Shown here: piece after piece, positions 20,775 to 30,034 of the stretch | Layout: every line of letters starts with the position of its first letter | How positions within the stretch are numbered: the first letter of the stretch is position 1 | Assembly (NCBI GenBank): GCA_965199825.1 | Contig: OZ241329.1 | Coordinates: 864,001 to 928,000 of the forward strand | Source: Bdellovibrionales bacterium | GTDB lineage: Bacteria > Bdellovibrionota > Bdellovibrionia > Bdellovibrionales > UBA1609 | Length of the DNA stretch: 64,000 nt | Reading direction: 5' to 3' | The notes under the pieces: generated by a model | What the model saw: the letters and a program-made list of their open reading frames with translations, nothing else | What the model was told of the DNA's origin: nothing | Databases searched by the model: none | Translations under genes and position numbers: made by a program

Positions 20775-21497
20775 ATGAGATTCTACTTACTCTTTGCATC
20801 GATACTAGCACTCTTGCCTTTATGCGTGCAGGGACAAACTGCCAATTTTGCACAAGGCGTTTCGCAGTTGGAAAGTTCGCACTTTGCCGAGGCCCAAGTC
20901 GAGTTTCAAAAAGCGCTTGATCAGCAGCCCAATAACCCAAAGATCTTATTTAACTTGGGACTTTCGTTTTTTAAACAGAACAAAAAATCTTTGGCCGCAT
21001 CCTATTGGCGCAAAGCATTAGCTCAGCAACCCAATTTAAAAGAGGCCAAAAAAGGGATGACTCTTTTAGAAAAAGATTTGGTTCCCCCAACAGACGAACT
21101 CAGCTTTTTTATGCAAGCTCAGACATCCACAGTCTCAATCCCTTGGCCGCTCATATTCACCGTGGCACTTTTGGTTTTTAATCTTTTAGGATATTTTGGA
21201 TTTAAAAAAAATGTTTTGGCGGTTTGGCTCTTGGCAGCAGCACTCCTGATTGTGATTGCAGTGGGAAGTTTAAAATATCTCGACAGCCAGATTCCACGTG
21301 CAACCGTAATCGAAAACCAAAAACTAAAAGCGGGACCAGATGCCAATGCTCCCGAAGTTTTGGATGTGCTCGAGACTCAAGAGGTTGTGATTTTGCAAAA
21401 GCATGAGGATTGGATTCAAATCAAGATCGGCAATGACACCTTCGGATGGTTACCAAAATCATCTTTGATACAAACAATGGGGCCATCACAATGGTAA
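20775..21497 (+). CDS. TPR + TM + SH3-like protein (BatE-like)
   Basis: Signal peptide, FNLGLSF TPR, two TM helices, WIQIK..GWLP SH3-like end. Confidence 0.75.
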   Translation: MRFYLLFASILALLPLCVQGQTANFAQGVSQLESSHFAEAQVEFQKALDQQPNNPKILFNLGLSFFKQNKKSLAASYWRKALAQQPNLKEAKKGMTLLEKDLVPPTDELSFFMQAQTSTVSIPWPLIFTVALLVFNLLGYFGFKKNVLAVWLLAAALLIVIAVGSLKYLDSQIPRATVIENQKLKAGPDANAPEVLDVLETQEVVILQKHEDWIQIKIGNDTFGWLPKSSLIQTMGPSQW

Positions 21498-22030
21498 AAT
21501 CGATTTGGATCAATCTTTTTCACCGCGATAAAAAAGAAAACGAATTTTTAACCGCGCTCAAGGAATCTTACCTATTTTCAGAACTCAACGCGAGCGAACT
21601 TCATTTTTTAAAAGAGATGGTTCATGTGCGCACCTATCGACCAGGCGAGAGTATTTTTCGCCAAGGTGAACTCGGTCTTGGAATGTACATTATCCATCGC
21701 GGTGCGGTTGATATTTTTGTTGAAGATTTGCAAGTCGAAGACCCGCTCCAACGCTCACTGCTTGTCACCAGATTATTGAGCGGTGATTTTTTTGGCGAGT
21801 CGTCATTGGTCGATGATATTGGGCGACGAACCGCCTCTGCCAACGCGGTGGATGAGTGCACATTGGTGGGATTTTTTAAACCCGATCTGCTAGAAATTGT
21901 GGCGCGCAATCCTGTGACCGGAAATAAAATTTTATTAAAACTTGCCCAAGTCTTATCGCGGAGACTCAAAGAAACCGCCGATCGGGTCAGCGAACTCAAA
22001 CGTGAAATGAAAAACATGAAGGTTGTCTAA
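21491..22030 (+). CDS. Stand-alone cyclic nucleotide-binding domain protein
   Basis: IFRQGE.G..MYII..G.V, GDFFGE, RTASA. Confidence 0.88.
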   Translation: MVKSIWINLFHRDKKENEFLTALKESYLFSELNASELHFLKEMVHVRTYRPGESIFRQGELGLGMYIIHRGAVDIFVEDLQVEDPLQRSLLVTRLLSGDFFGESSLVDDIGRRTASANAVDECTLVGFFKPDLLEIVARNPVTGNKILLKLAQVLSRRLKETADRVSELKREMKNMKVV

Positions 22031-23077
22031 GTGACAATAGGTCTAAAGGCTTTACGTCTCAAACGACTCAGTCAAATTCGGTTAGCATTATTTTTAATTT
22101 TATTAATGCTAAGTTTTGCTTTTATTTTTTTGGTCGACAATATGTTGGTCTCGCTGATTTTGGCCTTTGTCACAACTTACCTTCTTGGTCCTTGGGTCAA
22201 TGCATTTGAGCGAGGCGGCCTTCCCCGCGGACTTGCAACCACTCTCGTATTTTTATTTATAAGCATTTTATTATTTTTGGCAGGCCTGACTTTGTTCCCG
22301 ATGCTGCTGGATCAGATGTCGGGATTAAAAACCGAACTGCCTAAATACTGGGAAGGTCTTAATCGCCTGACCGTGACCATCGAAGATCGCCTGCATGTGC
22401 TCCCCATTGCGCCGATTGATATGAGTGGCCGACTGCAGCGTTTTTTAAGTCAGTGGACCGAAGGTTTTTTTTCGACCTTACCCAATATGCTGTCGCGCCT
22501 CATGACCGTTTTATTTTTGGTGCCGCTCCTGTCATTTTTTATGATCAAAGATGGCCGCAGTCTCACTCGCGGAATGATGGTCTTAGTCCCTAACGGAGTT
22601 TTTGAATTGTGTTTGACCCTGTACCATCAAATCAACGGTCAGTTGGGTCAGTTCGTTCGCGCTCGCTTGCTTGAAGCTTTGATTGTCGGCTTGGTGTGTT
22701 GGATCGGTTTACTGGTGATTCAATTTCCCTACGCCTTCTTATTTGGATTTTTGGCAGGTATTGCCAATCTCATTCCTTACATTGGCCCGATTCTGGGGGC
22801 TGTCCCTCCGCTCGCACTTGCGGCGATTCATGGCTTGAGTTCGCTCGAAATATTTGTTGTGGCGATGATCTATTTGGTGGCTCAGCTCGTGGATATTTTG
22901 TTTATTATTCCATTTGTTGTTGCCCGAATCGTAAATCTTCATCCTTTGGTTGTGATTTTATCTATTTTGGTCGGCGCTCAAACCATGGGGATTTTGGGAA
23001 TGCTGATCTCAATTCCGATGGCGAGCGTGCTGAAAGTCACAAGCAGCGCGGTTTATCAGTATCTTGTGGATCATTGA
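22031..23077 (+). CDS. AI-2E family transporter
   Basis: Multi-TM; NLIPYIGP, LHPLVVILSILVG, G.LGMLISIP. Confidence 0.9.
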   Translation: MTIGLKALRLKRLSQIRLALFLILLMLSFAFIFLVDNMLVSLILAFVTTYLLGPWVNAFERGGLPRGLATTLVFLFISILLFLAGLTLFPMLLDQMSGLKTELPKYWEGLNRLTVTIEDRLHVLPIAPIDMSGRLQRFLSQWTEGFFSTLPNMLSRLMTVLFLVPLLSFFMIKDGRSLTRGMMVLVPNGVFELCLTLYHQINGQLGQFVRARLLEALIVGLVCWIGLLVIQFPYAFLFGFLAGIANLIPYIGPILGAVPPLALAAIHGLSSLEIFVVAMIYLVAQLVDILFIIPFVVARIVNLHPLVVILSILVGAQTMGILGMLISIPMASVLKVTSSAVYQYLVDH

Positions 23078-23103
23078 CTTTTAAATCGCTTAAAACTTAC
23101 ACT
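23074..23103 (+). promoter_or_regulatory. Sigma70-like promoter for bamD (leaderless-type spacing)
   Basis: TTGACT-N18-TACACT ending 6 nt before ATG 23110. Confidence 0.5.
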
Positions 23104-23109
23104 CGCCTG

Positions 23110-23850
23110 ATGTTCAAAGGCTTTGTTGTTTCGCTTTTATTGTTGTTAACCGCTTGTGGATCGACGGCTAAAATCGATCCCGGAACGGCCGAGGGCGCAT
23201 TTGCCTTGGGCGAAAAATACGAAAAAGATGAGCGCTTTGAAGAAGCCTTGGCTCAATTTAGCCAGGTTAAAAATAAGCATCCCTATTCGCATTTTGCGAT
23301 CGAAGCTAAACTCAAGATTGCACAGATTCATTTCGATCGCGAAGATTGGATCGAAGCCCAAAATGCCTATCAGGTTTTTAAAGAGATGCATCCCCGTCAC
23401 CCTAAATCCGATTTTGTGACCTTTCGATTGGCCATGTGCTATTTAAAGCAGCTGCCTGCAACCATCGATCGCGACCTTGCGGTTTCAGAAAAAGCGGTCA
23501 CTTACTTTGACGAGACCATTCAGTCGTTTCCTGAAAGCGAATTTGTGGCTCAGGCTAAAGAGTATCGTGAAAAAACACTTCGCATGCTTGCCGACAAGGA
23601 AGACTATGTTGGCAATTTTTATTTTATTCATGAGCAGTACGATAGCGCCTTAGGACGCTACGAAGAACTGCTCGAAAAATATGCCGGCTTAGGACTTGAT
23701 GAAAAAGCTCTTTACCGCGCAAGCTATAGCGCAATGAAAAGTGATGATTTACCTAAAGCAAAATTTTACTATCAAAAATTGGTGGGCATATACCCTCAAT
23801 CGGAGAGTGCAAAAAAATTAGGTGGAGAAATCAGTCATGATCTCAAATAA
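23110..23850 (+). CDS. bamD: Outer membrane protein assembly factor BamD
   Basis: Lipobox LTAC, HPYS..A, HP.HPK, IDRD, FP.SEF, FY...Y.SA.GRY. Confidence 0.9.
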   Translation: MFKGFVVSLLLLLTACGSTAKIDPGTAEGAFALGEKYEKDERFEEALAQFSQVKNKHPYSHFAIEAKLKIAQIHFDREDWIEAQNAYQVFKEMHPRHPKSDFVTFRLAMCYLKQLPATIDRDLAVSEKAVTYFDETIQSFPESEFVAQAKEYREKTLRMLADKEDYVGNFYFIHEQYDSALGRYEELLEKYAGLGLDEKALYRASYSAMKSDDLPKAKFYYQKLVGIYPQSESAKKLGGEISHDLK

Positions 23851-24571
23851 AACCGAATCAGATCTTTTGATTTCGGCTCGCGAGCACTTTCGCGAAAGCA
23901 AATACTCTTTAGCTGAACCTTTACTGAACCAAATGATTTTGCAAAACGAAAAGACCTCCGAGGTCTTTCACATGCTCGGCACTATTTATTATGATCAGGG
24001 AAAATTTAATAAGGCGATCAAAGCATTTCAACGAGCGCTTGAACTTGACCCCTTGTTTACCGACGCGAGTGTGGGTTTAAGTATTATTCTTAATGATCTT
24101 GGCCGCTACGATGAAGGTCGAAAAGTTTTTGAAGATGCCCAAGCCCTCCTTGCTCGCAAATCTTCAACCGAAGACACCTACACCAATGAAAAATTGGGGC
24201 TCAAACACGACGAGCTTGGAGAAATGTATTATCATAGTGGTCAATTTAATGAAGCCGTCGAGCAGTATCTCAGAGCTTTAAGCCTTTCAAAACGCAAAGC
24301 CGAACTGACAATGAAAATTTCTGAGTGCTACATCAAGTTAAGTGAGCACGATAAAGCCCTTAAAGAACTTCGCGATCTTTGCCGCACCTATCCCGATTTT
24401 ACTGCGGCACGAGTTAAGATCGGCCAGATTTATTACGAGACAGGACATGTTCCCGAAGCGGTTGAAGCTTGGGAATCAGTTCGCCAAGCAGACCCCATGT
24501 ACAACGAAGCACAACGACTTTTGCGCCAAGCCCAATCTGTTCGCCACACATCGATGATGGAGCCCAACTGA
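23837..24571 (+). CDS. Tetratricopeptide repeat protein
   Basis: Repeated LG.IY...G.F..A..AF..AL.LDP units; GGAGA SD. Confidence 0.85.
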   Translation: MISNKTESDLLISAREHFRESKYSLAEPLLNQMILQNEKTSEVFHMLGTIYYDQGKFNKAIKAFQRALELDPLFTDASVGLSIILNDLGRYDEGRKVFEDAQALLARKSSTEDTYTNEKLGLKHDELGEMYYHSGQFNEAVEQYLRALSLSKRKAELTMKISECYIKLSEHDKALKELRDLCRTYPDFTAARVKIGQIYYETGHVPEAVEAWESVRQADPMYNEAQRLLRQAQSVRHTSMMEPN

Positions 24572-25077
24572 TGCATGCTGGTATGATCCCATTTATCACC
24601 GAAGCCGAAATTCAAACATTGGTCAGTCAACTGGCTCGCGATATCGAGCGCGATTATGAAAATAAAGAGATCGTGTTGATCTGCCCTCTCAAGGGATCCA
24701 TTTTATTTTTTGCCGATTTGGTCAGAAAAATAAATTCTCCCGCAATCGTCGACTTCGTTCACGTCAGCTCACCCCGTGGCGAATGTGTGCGGATTTTAAA
24801 AGACATCACCGTCGATATTACCGATAAACATGTTTTGATTGTTGAAGAGATCATAGACGCTGGTCGAACTTTGAGTTTTTTAAAAACTCGCCTTCAAGCC
24901 TCAAACCCACGATCGGTCAAAATCGTAGCTCTGCTTGATAAGCCTGCACGTCGAGAACTTCCGCTTAAACCCGATTATTGTGGACGGACCATCGATGATC
25001 GTTTTGTAATCGGTTATGGACTTGATTCTGAAGAGCGCGGTCGCAATTACCGAAACATTTATAACTTTGCGCAGTAA
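24571..25077 (+). CDS. hpt: Hypoxanthine phosphoribosyltransferase
   Basis: LKGSILFFADL, VLIVEEIIDAGRTL, LLDKP, FVIGYGLD. Confidence 0.92.
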   Translation: MHAGMIPFITEAEIQTLVSQLARDIERDYENKEIVLICPLKGSILFFADLVRKINSPAIVDFVHVSSPRGECVRILKDITVDITDKHVLIVEEIIDAGRTLSFLKTRLQASNPRSVKIVALLDKPARRELPLKPDYCGRTIDDRFVIGYGLDSEERGRNYRNIYNFAQ

Positions 25078-25080
25078 GTA

Positions 25081-25626
25081 ATGAAAAATCAAAACGGTAG
25101 TTTCCTTATCGTTTTTGTTTTTGCACTCTTTATGGTGGCGGTCGGATTTTTTGCGGTTCTTCCCCAAATTTCCCAACCCATCGGTAACTCGATTCAACAA
25201 CTCAATTACGAAGCCCAAATTAAAATCATCCAGTCCAACATCCTTGGCATGTTGAACAATCCAAGATCATGGAAAAATACCTATTCTGCAGCCAGCAACA
25301 CAAATCTTCAGCAGTGTTTTTTAACCCCAACTTATCTGTGTCCTTCAGCACCGCTCCCTTTAGTGATTTATGATTCCAATAATATCATTTATTATGACAG
25401 CACAAATGCGGGCTATGGATTTAAACTCGATGGAACCGTTTGCACGACTTACACCACCGACCCTACCTGTTTATTTCGCTACAACATCACTTGGAATCCG
25501 ATGAACTGTGCACCTGCTCCCTCGTGTGGAGTGCCGACTTTGGCGATCAATCTTAATTTTCAGCTCAAACCCGCAAGTGTCCCAATCAATGCCACAAATT
25601 ATAAATACGTTGTGGTTATCAAGTGA
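25081..25626 (+). CDS. Pilin-like protein (PilX/GspK-type, no Glu5) with a Cys-rich domain
   Basis: MKNQNG|SFLIV.. hydrophobic N-terminus; shares a six-Cys domain with the next two genes. Confidence 0.72.
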   Translation: MKNQNGSFLIVFVFALFMVAVGFFAVLPQISQPIGNSIQQLNYEAQIKIIQSNILGMLNNPRSWKNTYSAASNTNLQQCFLTPTYLCPSAPLPLVIYDSNNIIYYDSTNAGYGFKLDGTVCTTYTTDPTCLFRYNITWNPMNCAPAPSCGVPTLAINLNFQLKPASVPINATNYKYVVVIK

Positions 25627-26705
25627 CCAATCCACGCGGCATGAGTCTTGTTGAAGTCTTAATTGCCCTAGTGATTTTGAGCATCACAGTGGTGGTTGGC
25701 ATGATGCAGGTTGAAATCAACTCAAAAGAACTGACCACAAATAATCTTGCGGTCACTCTGCAAAATCTGAGCACCAATTTATCTTCGACAATTTTAAACG
25801 ATTTAGCTTGGACTTACACTGTGACAGATTCAACCAACTCGTCGATGAGTTGCCTTTCTGGCTATGTGGATTGCTTTGGGCAAACAGGTACATTTCAGCT
25901 GAGAGACTCAACAGGAACTGTTTATTTTAACAGTAACGATGCCACCGCCGGATTTTCGATCTCTGGCCAAGCATGTACTGGCTTTAGCGCAACAGGGTCT
26001 ACGTTATGTCCTATTGGATTGAAATTAAAATGGACTCCCATTTGTATTTCGGGTTCATGCGTGAACCCGATGGTTCAGGTGAGTGGAACATTCACCCTTA
26101 ATTCCACGGTGAAAGTAAACCAAGTTGCTTTAGCCCGAAGAAATTTTAATGTTTTAAGGCAAAGAGTTTATGGCGGAATTCAAACCACACCGATGACCTT
26201 TGGAAATTTTAGTGGCGGCGTGGTTGTCACATCTTCTTCTGTGGCTTCGAGTTCAAATCTTTTGGTTTATCCTGCAGGTACGGGTGTGACTTCGAGTAAC
26301 CTCGAGCCCAATCAGTTTCTTGATGTGATTTATACTTACGATTTGTCCTACACCAATGGCGCAGCCTCAACCGATGCGGCGAACCAAGCGAATTTTTGTT
26401 TTTTTGCCATCGGCGGAAACCCCAACACCGCCCCTTGTATTTATGAGTGGTATCAAAGCAAAGGGAATTGGGTTTTAAGAGCACGTGGTACAATTGTTTA
26501 TACCGCATCTGCCTCAGACGCTATGACCGCAGGTAATCAATTTGAATTTGGCTGGCAAAATGGGCAGATGACTTTTTATTATCAAAACCATCGCCGCTTT
26601 GTTTTTTCTGAAATCTATAGCCTTCCCTTGAGCGTGGCGTTTCATCCTGGGTCGGTTTCTTACAGTCCAACCGGCTTTGCCAACATGGTCTTCAATTTCC
26701 TTTAA
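25623..26705 (+). CDS. Type IV pilin-like protein with a C-terminal beta-rich (lectin-like?) domain
   Basis: Prepilin motif RG|MSLVEVLIAL with Glu5; six-Cys domain. Confidence 0.82.
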   Translation: MTNPRGMSLVEVLIALVILSITVVVGMMQVEINSKELTTNNLAVTLQNLSTNLSSTILNDLAWTYTVTDSTNSSMSCLSGYVDCFGQTGTFQLRDSTGTVYFNSNDATAGFSISGQACTGFSATGSTLCPIGLKLKWTPICISGSCVNPMVQVSGTFTLNSTVKVNQVALARRNFNVLRQRVYGGIQTTPMTFGNFSGGVVVTSSSVASSSNLLVYPAGTGVTSSNLEPNQFLDVIYTYDLSYTNGAASTDAANQANFCFFAIGGNPNTAPCIYEWYQSKGNWVLRARGTIVYTASASDAMTAGNQFEFGWQNGQMTFYYQNHRRFVFSEIYSLPLSVAFHPGSVSYSPTGFANMVFNFL

Positions 26706-26736
26706 GTTCTTTAGACCTTGGTCCGATAAGTAAGAT

Positions 26737-29559
26737 GTGGAACGTTTAAAGGAAAATTCAAAGGGTTTTACCCTACTCGAAGTGATCATAGCATTAGGCA
26801 TCAGCTCTATCGTGATGGTGGCTGCAGTCGACGTCTCATCGTCGATGTTTTCATTCCAAAGCAAAACATCTGCAGAGCAAAAGATCATTGGAATGAAGAC
26901 CGCCATTTTTCAAAATTTGGTGAGCTCCACTTCTATTCTCAACACGATCAATGATACCCAAAACACCGGAATGATTTGTCTAAGAAATCATACCGATTGC
27001 ACAGGCGCCGTGACTACCAGTCCAATGCGCATTCGCGATTTTAATAATAATATTTTGTTTGATTCAGCAGCAACCGGAGCAGGCTTTGATCAGAACGGTG
27101 CTGTGTGTTCGACTTTTAAAAAATCAGTCGGCTCAGCCAATTGTCCTTTTACTTATAATGTTGCTTGGAAGCCAAACTGCAAAGCGGGCAATCCTTGTAT
27201 CGATCCGCCACTTCATTTTAGTGCCACCTTTGATTATAAATTTTCGGGCACTAGTGGTTTTTATCTCAACTCTTCAAAATTCAGTATCCAACTCGATATT
27301 CAAAATCCAGCAAAGGTAACAAAACCAGTTGTTGGCAGCATGAATTTTTATACCAACGTCAATCAACCAGTAACCGCAAATGTTCTGGCAAGTTCGTGGT
27401 CGGGATCCACCAATCCACAACTCAACGTCACCGCGGTTTCGCCCTCAAAAAATGGCGGCACAACCGGAATCAATGGCGATGGCACAGTGACCTACACTCC
27501 ACCCTCAGCATTTCATGGACTTGATCAATATAATTTTACCGCAACAAATGCGTTTGGGGCTTCGCAAACAGTAACCAATTATGTGCGGGTCATGACTCCT
27601 CACACATGGACCGGCAACTCAGGCCTTACCGATTGGAACAATGGCAATAACTGGTGTGGCACTGTCACAGGCGGCGTTTGCCCAGGATCAACCACACCGG
27701 TCAACACGGACCTCACCATTTTTGATAACACCTGTTTTCAAAATTGTAGCGCCGATATCAAAACTGCAGCGGTTGCAGCCGGTGTGGAAGTCGATGCGGG
27801 CTACGGCGGAATCATTACTCAATACAGTAGCAACAACATTACTGTTGGAGCTCTTGGTTGGAATCAATCTGCAGGACAATTTATTGGATCGACTGCTGGA
27901 AACGTCAGTGTTGCAGGCGACTTTGTTTTAAAAAATGCGATCTTTACCGCGCCCGGTGCAACTCTCACTCTGGCCAATGCATTTGGATCATCGGTTAAAG
28001 TCGACATGTCCGCAGGAACTTTTAATCACAATAATGGCAACGTGCTTTTTGACAATCAATTGACCCCCCTCCAATTTATTCCCGGATCAAATGTATTTAA
28101 TAATCTTGGATGGTCTTCGTACGGTGAAGGATCCATCACATCGATGACCGGCACCTTGACTGTTTTAGGAAATTTGGGCGTCGCCCTATATCCCAATCAC
28201 ACCTGTGCCACCGTCAATGGCGGGAGTATTATGGTTGGTGGTAACGTCAATATTAACGGTGATGCGAGTTGCAACTACTCTGGATCAACACCCGTGACTC
28301 TCACCGGAAATGCGGCGGGACAAATTGTTACCGGCACCTCTGGTGGTTTAAGTTCATTGACCATTGCTGCGGGCACAAATGCAGTGAAGCTCGTGGGTAC
28401 AATCACGATCGGAAGTGATGACGGCGCAGTTGGAAATTTCAAATACACTTCAGGGACTCTGAATGTTGGAACCTCAACACTTGTTGCCACAGGTGCAAAC
28501 AACCCCATCAACATCAACGCAGGAACAAATCATCTTTACAATTTTAGTGTGTATTCAAATGGCGATCGAGGAAATGTCGATCTCGGTGGAAGCACTCTTA
28601 ATGTTGATAGTCTTTTGACCTTGGCCCAATCACAGTATCATATGGCAATCGGTATTAATAATGGAACAATTGTTTCGGCAGGTGATGTGAATATCGGCGG
28701 AGACACCGGCGCATACGGAACCGCCACGGTGAAACTGGTCGGAAAATCAAGTGGTGTTCAAACCGTTACGGGAGTGGCCTCCGGCAATGCGGGTTTTGGA
28801 AATCTCACGATTGCTGCTGGATCTAAATCAGTTGTGTTTAAAAATACAATCAACATTTTTGGCTATCTTGCATCCGCTTCGTTTACCAATACTTCAGGCA
28901 ACGTTTCTTGGCCTTCGGGATCAAAACTTCAGTTTGGTGATTACGCAAGTGCGATCAGTTTTTATCCAGGATTAACAAATTATAATGATGTGACCGTTGC
29001 TATCTCAGGTGATGGTGGAAAACTTGATCTTGGTGCAAACCTTCTTGGCGTTTATGGAACATTGACGATCGCAACCCAAGTTCAACACACCTGCCCCATT
29101 ATGGCGGGTGGAACAATAATCGCTATGGGCTCAACGGTTAATTTTAACGGTTGCGGAGTCAACGGCAACACAGTGATCAAACTGCAGGGCAACTCTTCTG
29201 GCGGAACCCAAATTGTGAATGCCACGGCCTCAGCCAATGTTGGCAGCTTGCAAATCAGTTCGACCACTCCAGTGGTTGAAGGCAGCGGCAGCAATCTTTC
29301 GGCGACTTCGGTTACGGTCATGCTCGGTACATTTAATATGCAAGGTTCTAATTTTACTATTAACAGTAACCTTGTAATGCTTCCCCTTACTGATATTCAA
29401 AAATCGGGGGGCACTCTCACAGTGGGTGGAACAACCGTTGCCAATGGGCTTTATAGCTTAGGCGGGTTTATCACCGCGGCTACTGATAAGATGCTTGACC
29501 TGTTTCTGATCGCTCGAAACAATCAGATTCATGAGCGAGCGCCCAACCTGGCTATCTAG
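26737..29559 (+). CDS. 940-aa pilin-like adhesin: prepilin, Cys domain, Ig-like domain and beta-solenoid repeats
   Basis: KG|FTLLEVIIALGI; DGTVTYTP..FHGLDQYNFT Ig-like motif; Gly/Asn/Thr-rich repeats. Confidence 0.82.
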   Translation: MERLKENSKGFTLLEVIIALGISSIVMVAAVDVSSSMFSFQSKTSAEQKIIGMKTAIFQNLVSSTSILNTINDTQNTGMICLRNHTDCTGAVTTSPMRIRDFNNNILFDSAATGAGFDQNGAVCSTFKKSVGSANCPFTYNVAWKPNCKAGNPCIDPPLHFSATFDYKFSGTSGFYLNSSKFSIQLDIQNPAKVTKPVVGSMNFYTNVNQPVTANVLASSWSGSTNPQLNVTAVSPSKNGGTTGINGDGTVTYTPPSAFHGLDQYNFTATNAFGASQTVTNYVRVMTPHTWTGNSGLTDWNNGNNWCGTVTGGVCPGSTTPVNTDLTIFDNTCFQNCSADIKTAAVAAGVEVDAGYGGIITQYSSNNITVGALGWNQSAGQFIGSTAGNVSVAGDFVLKNAIFTAPGATLTLANAFGSSVKVDMSAGTFNHNNGNVLFDNQLTPLQFIPGSNVFNNLGWSSYGEGSITSMTGTLTVLGNLGVALYPNHTCATVNGGSIMVGGNVNINGDASCNYSGSTPVTLTGNAAGQIVTGTSGGLSSLTIAAGTNAVKLVGTITIGSDDGAVGNFKYTSGTLNVGTSTLVATGANNPININAGTNHLYNFSVYSNGDRGNVDLGGSTLNVDSLLTLAQSQYHMAIGINNGTIVSAGDVNIGGDTGAYGTATVKLVGKSSGVQTVTGVASGNAGFGNLTIAAGSKSVVFKNTINIFGYLASASFTNTSGNVSWPSGSKLQFGDYASAISFYPGLTNYNDVTVAISGDGGKLDLGANLLGVYGTLTIATQVQHTCPIMAGGTIIAMGSTVNFNGCGVNGNTVIKLQGNSSGGTQIVNATASANVGSLQISSTTPVVEGSGSNLSATSVTVMLGTFNMQGSNFTINSNLVMLPLTDIQKSGGTLTVGGTTVANGLYSLGGFITAATDKMLDLFLIARNNQIHERAPNLAI

Positions 29560-29917
29560 AAAATTAATTGTTTATCCCAAGCTTCAATTATTTTTGATGG
29601 TCTATCCGCTTTTTACTTTTGCACTCGTGATCACTATTATTCATTTTGGTGTGCAGTATTTGAGTTTTGTAAACTCTTACTTCTTGGTGGCAGGCGTTGC
29701 TGTGATCGTATCTGTTATTGCCCTATTGTCTGGGCTGATATTAACAAACAGAATTTTTGGCCCACTCTTTCGATTGCGTGAGCATATGAATAAGGTCGCA
29801 AACGGCGGCTCACCCGATCCGATTCAGTTTCGGGCAAATGATTGGCTTCCCGACATTGAGGAAAAATATAACAAGATTCTTGAGCGACTTAAAAACAAGG
29901 ATTCGTCAGTTCACTAA
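29531..29917 (+). CDS. Small two-TM protein with a HAMP-like segment
   Basis: Two TM helices then TNRIFGPLFRL..M..V..G...I.FR..D; TTGACC-N17-AACAAT upstream. Confidence 0.72.
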   Translation: MSERPTWLSRKLIVYPKLQLFLMVYPLFTFALVITIIHFGVQYLSFVNSYFLVAGVAVIVSVIALLSGLILTNRIFGPLFRLREHMNKVANGGSPDPIQFRANDWLPDIEEKYNKILERLKNKDSSVH

Positions 29918-29983
29918 GACGTTGACCAAAAAAAAGATCACCACGGACCCGACAAAAAACATCACGACAGGCATTGGTACCAT
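29906..29983 (-). CDS. Putative 25-aa single-pass membrane peptide MVPMPVVMFFVGSVVIFFLVNVLVN
   Basis: GGAGG SD 6 nt before the ATG; wholly hydrophobic; below the ORF-track length cutoff. Confidence 0.6.
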   Translation of the reverse strand: MVPMPVVMFFVGSVVIFFLVNVLVN

Positions 29984-30034
29984 TGTTGTCCTCCATGAAC
30001 TCTTACCTTAGTGCACGATATCTTAGGCTTAATG

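Noticed and set aside
22696..23109. 138-aa N-terminal extension of BamD in the ORF track (similar extensions on hpt, lolA and the MinD-like gene)
   Set aside because: The extensions overlap upstream genes in another frame. Signal peptides and motifs indicate starts at 23110, 24571, 32008 and 6376.
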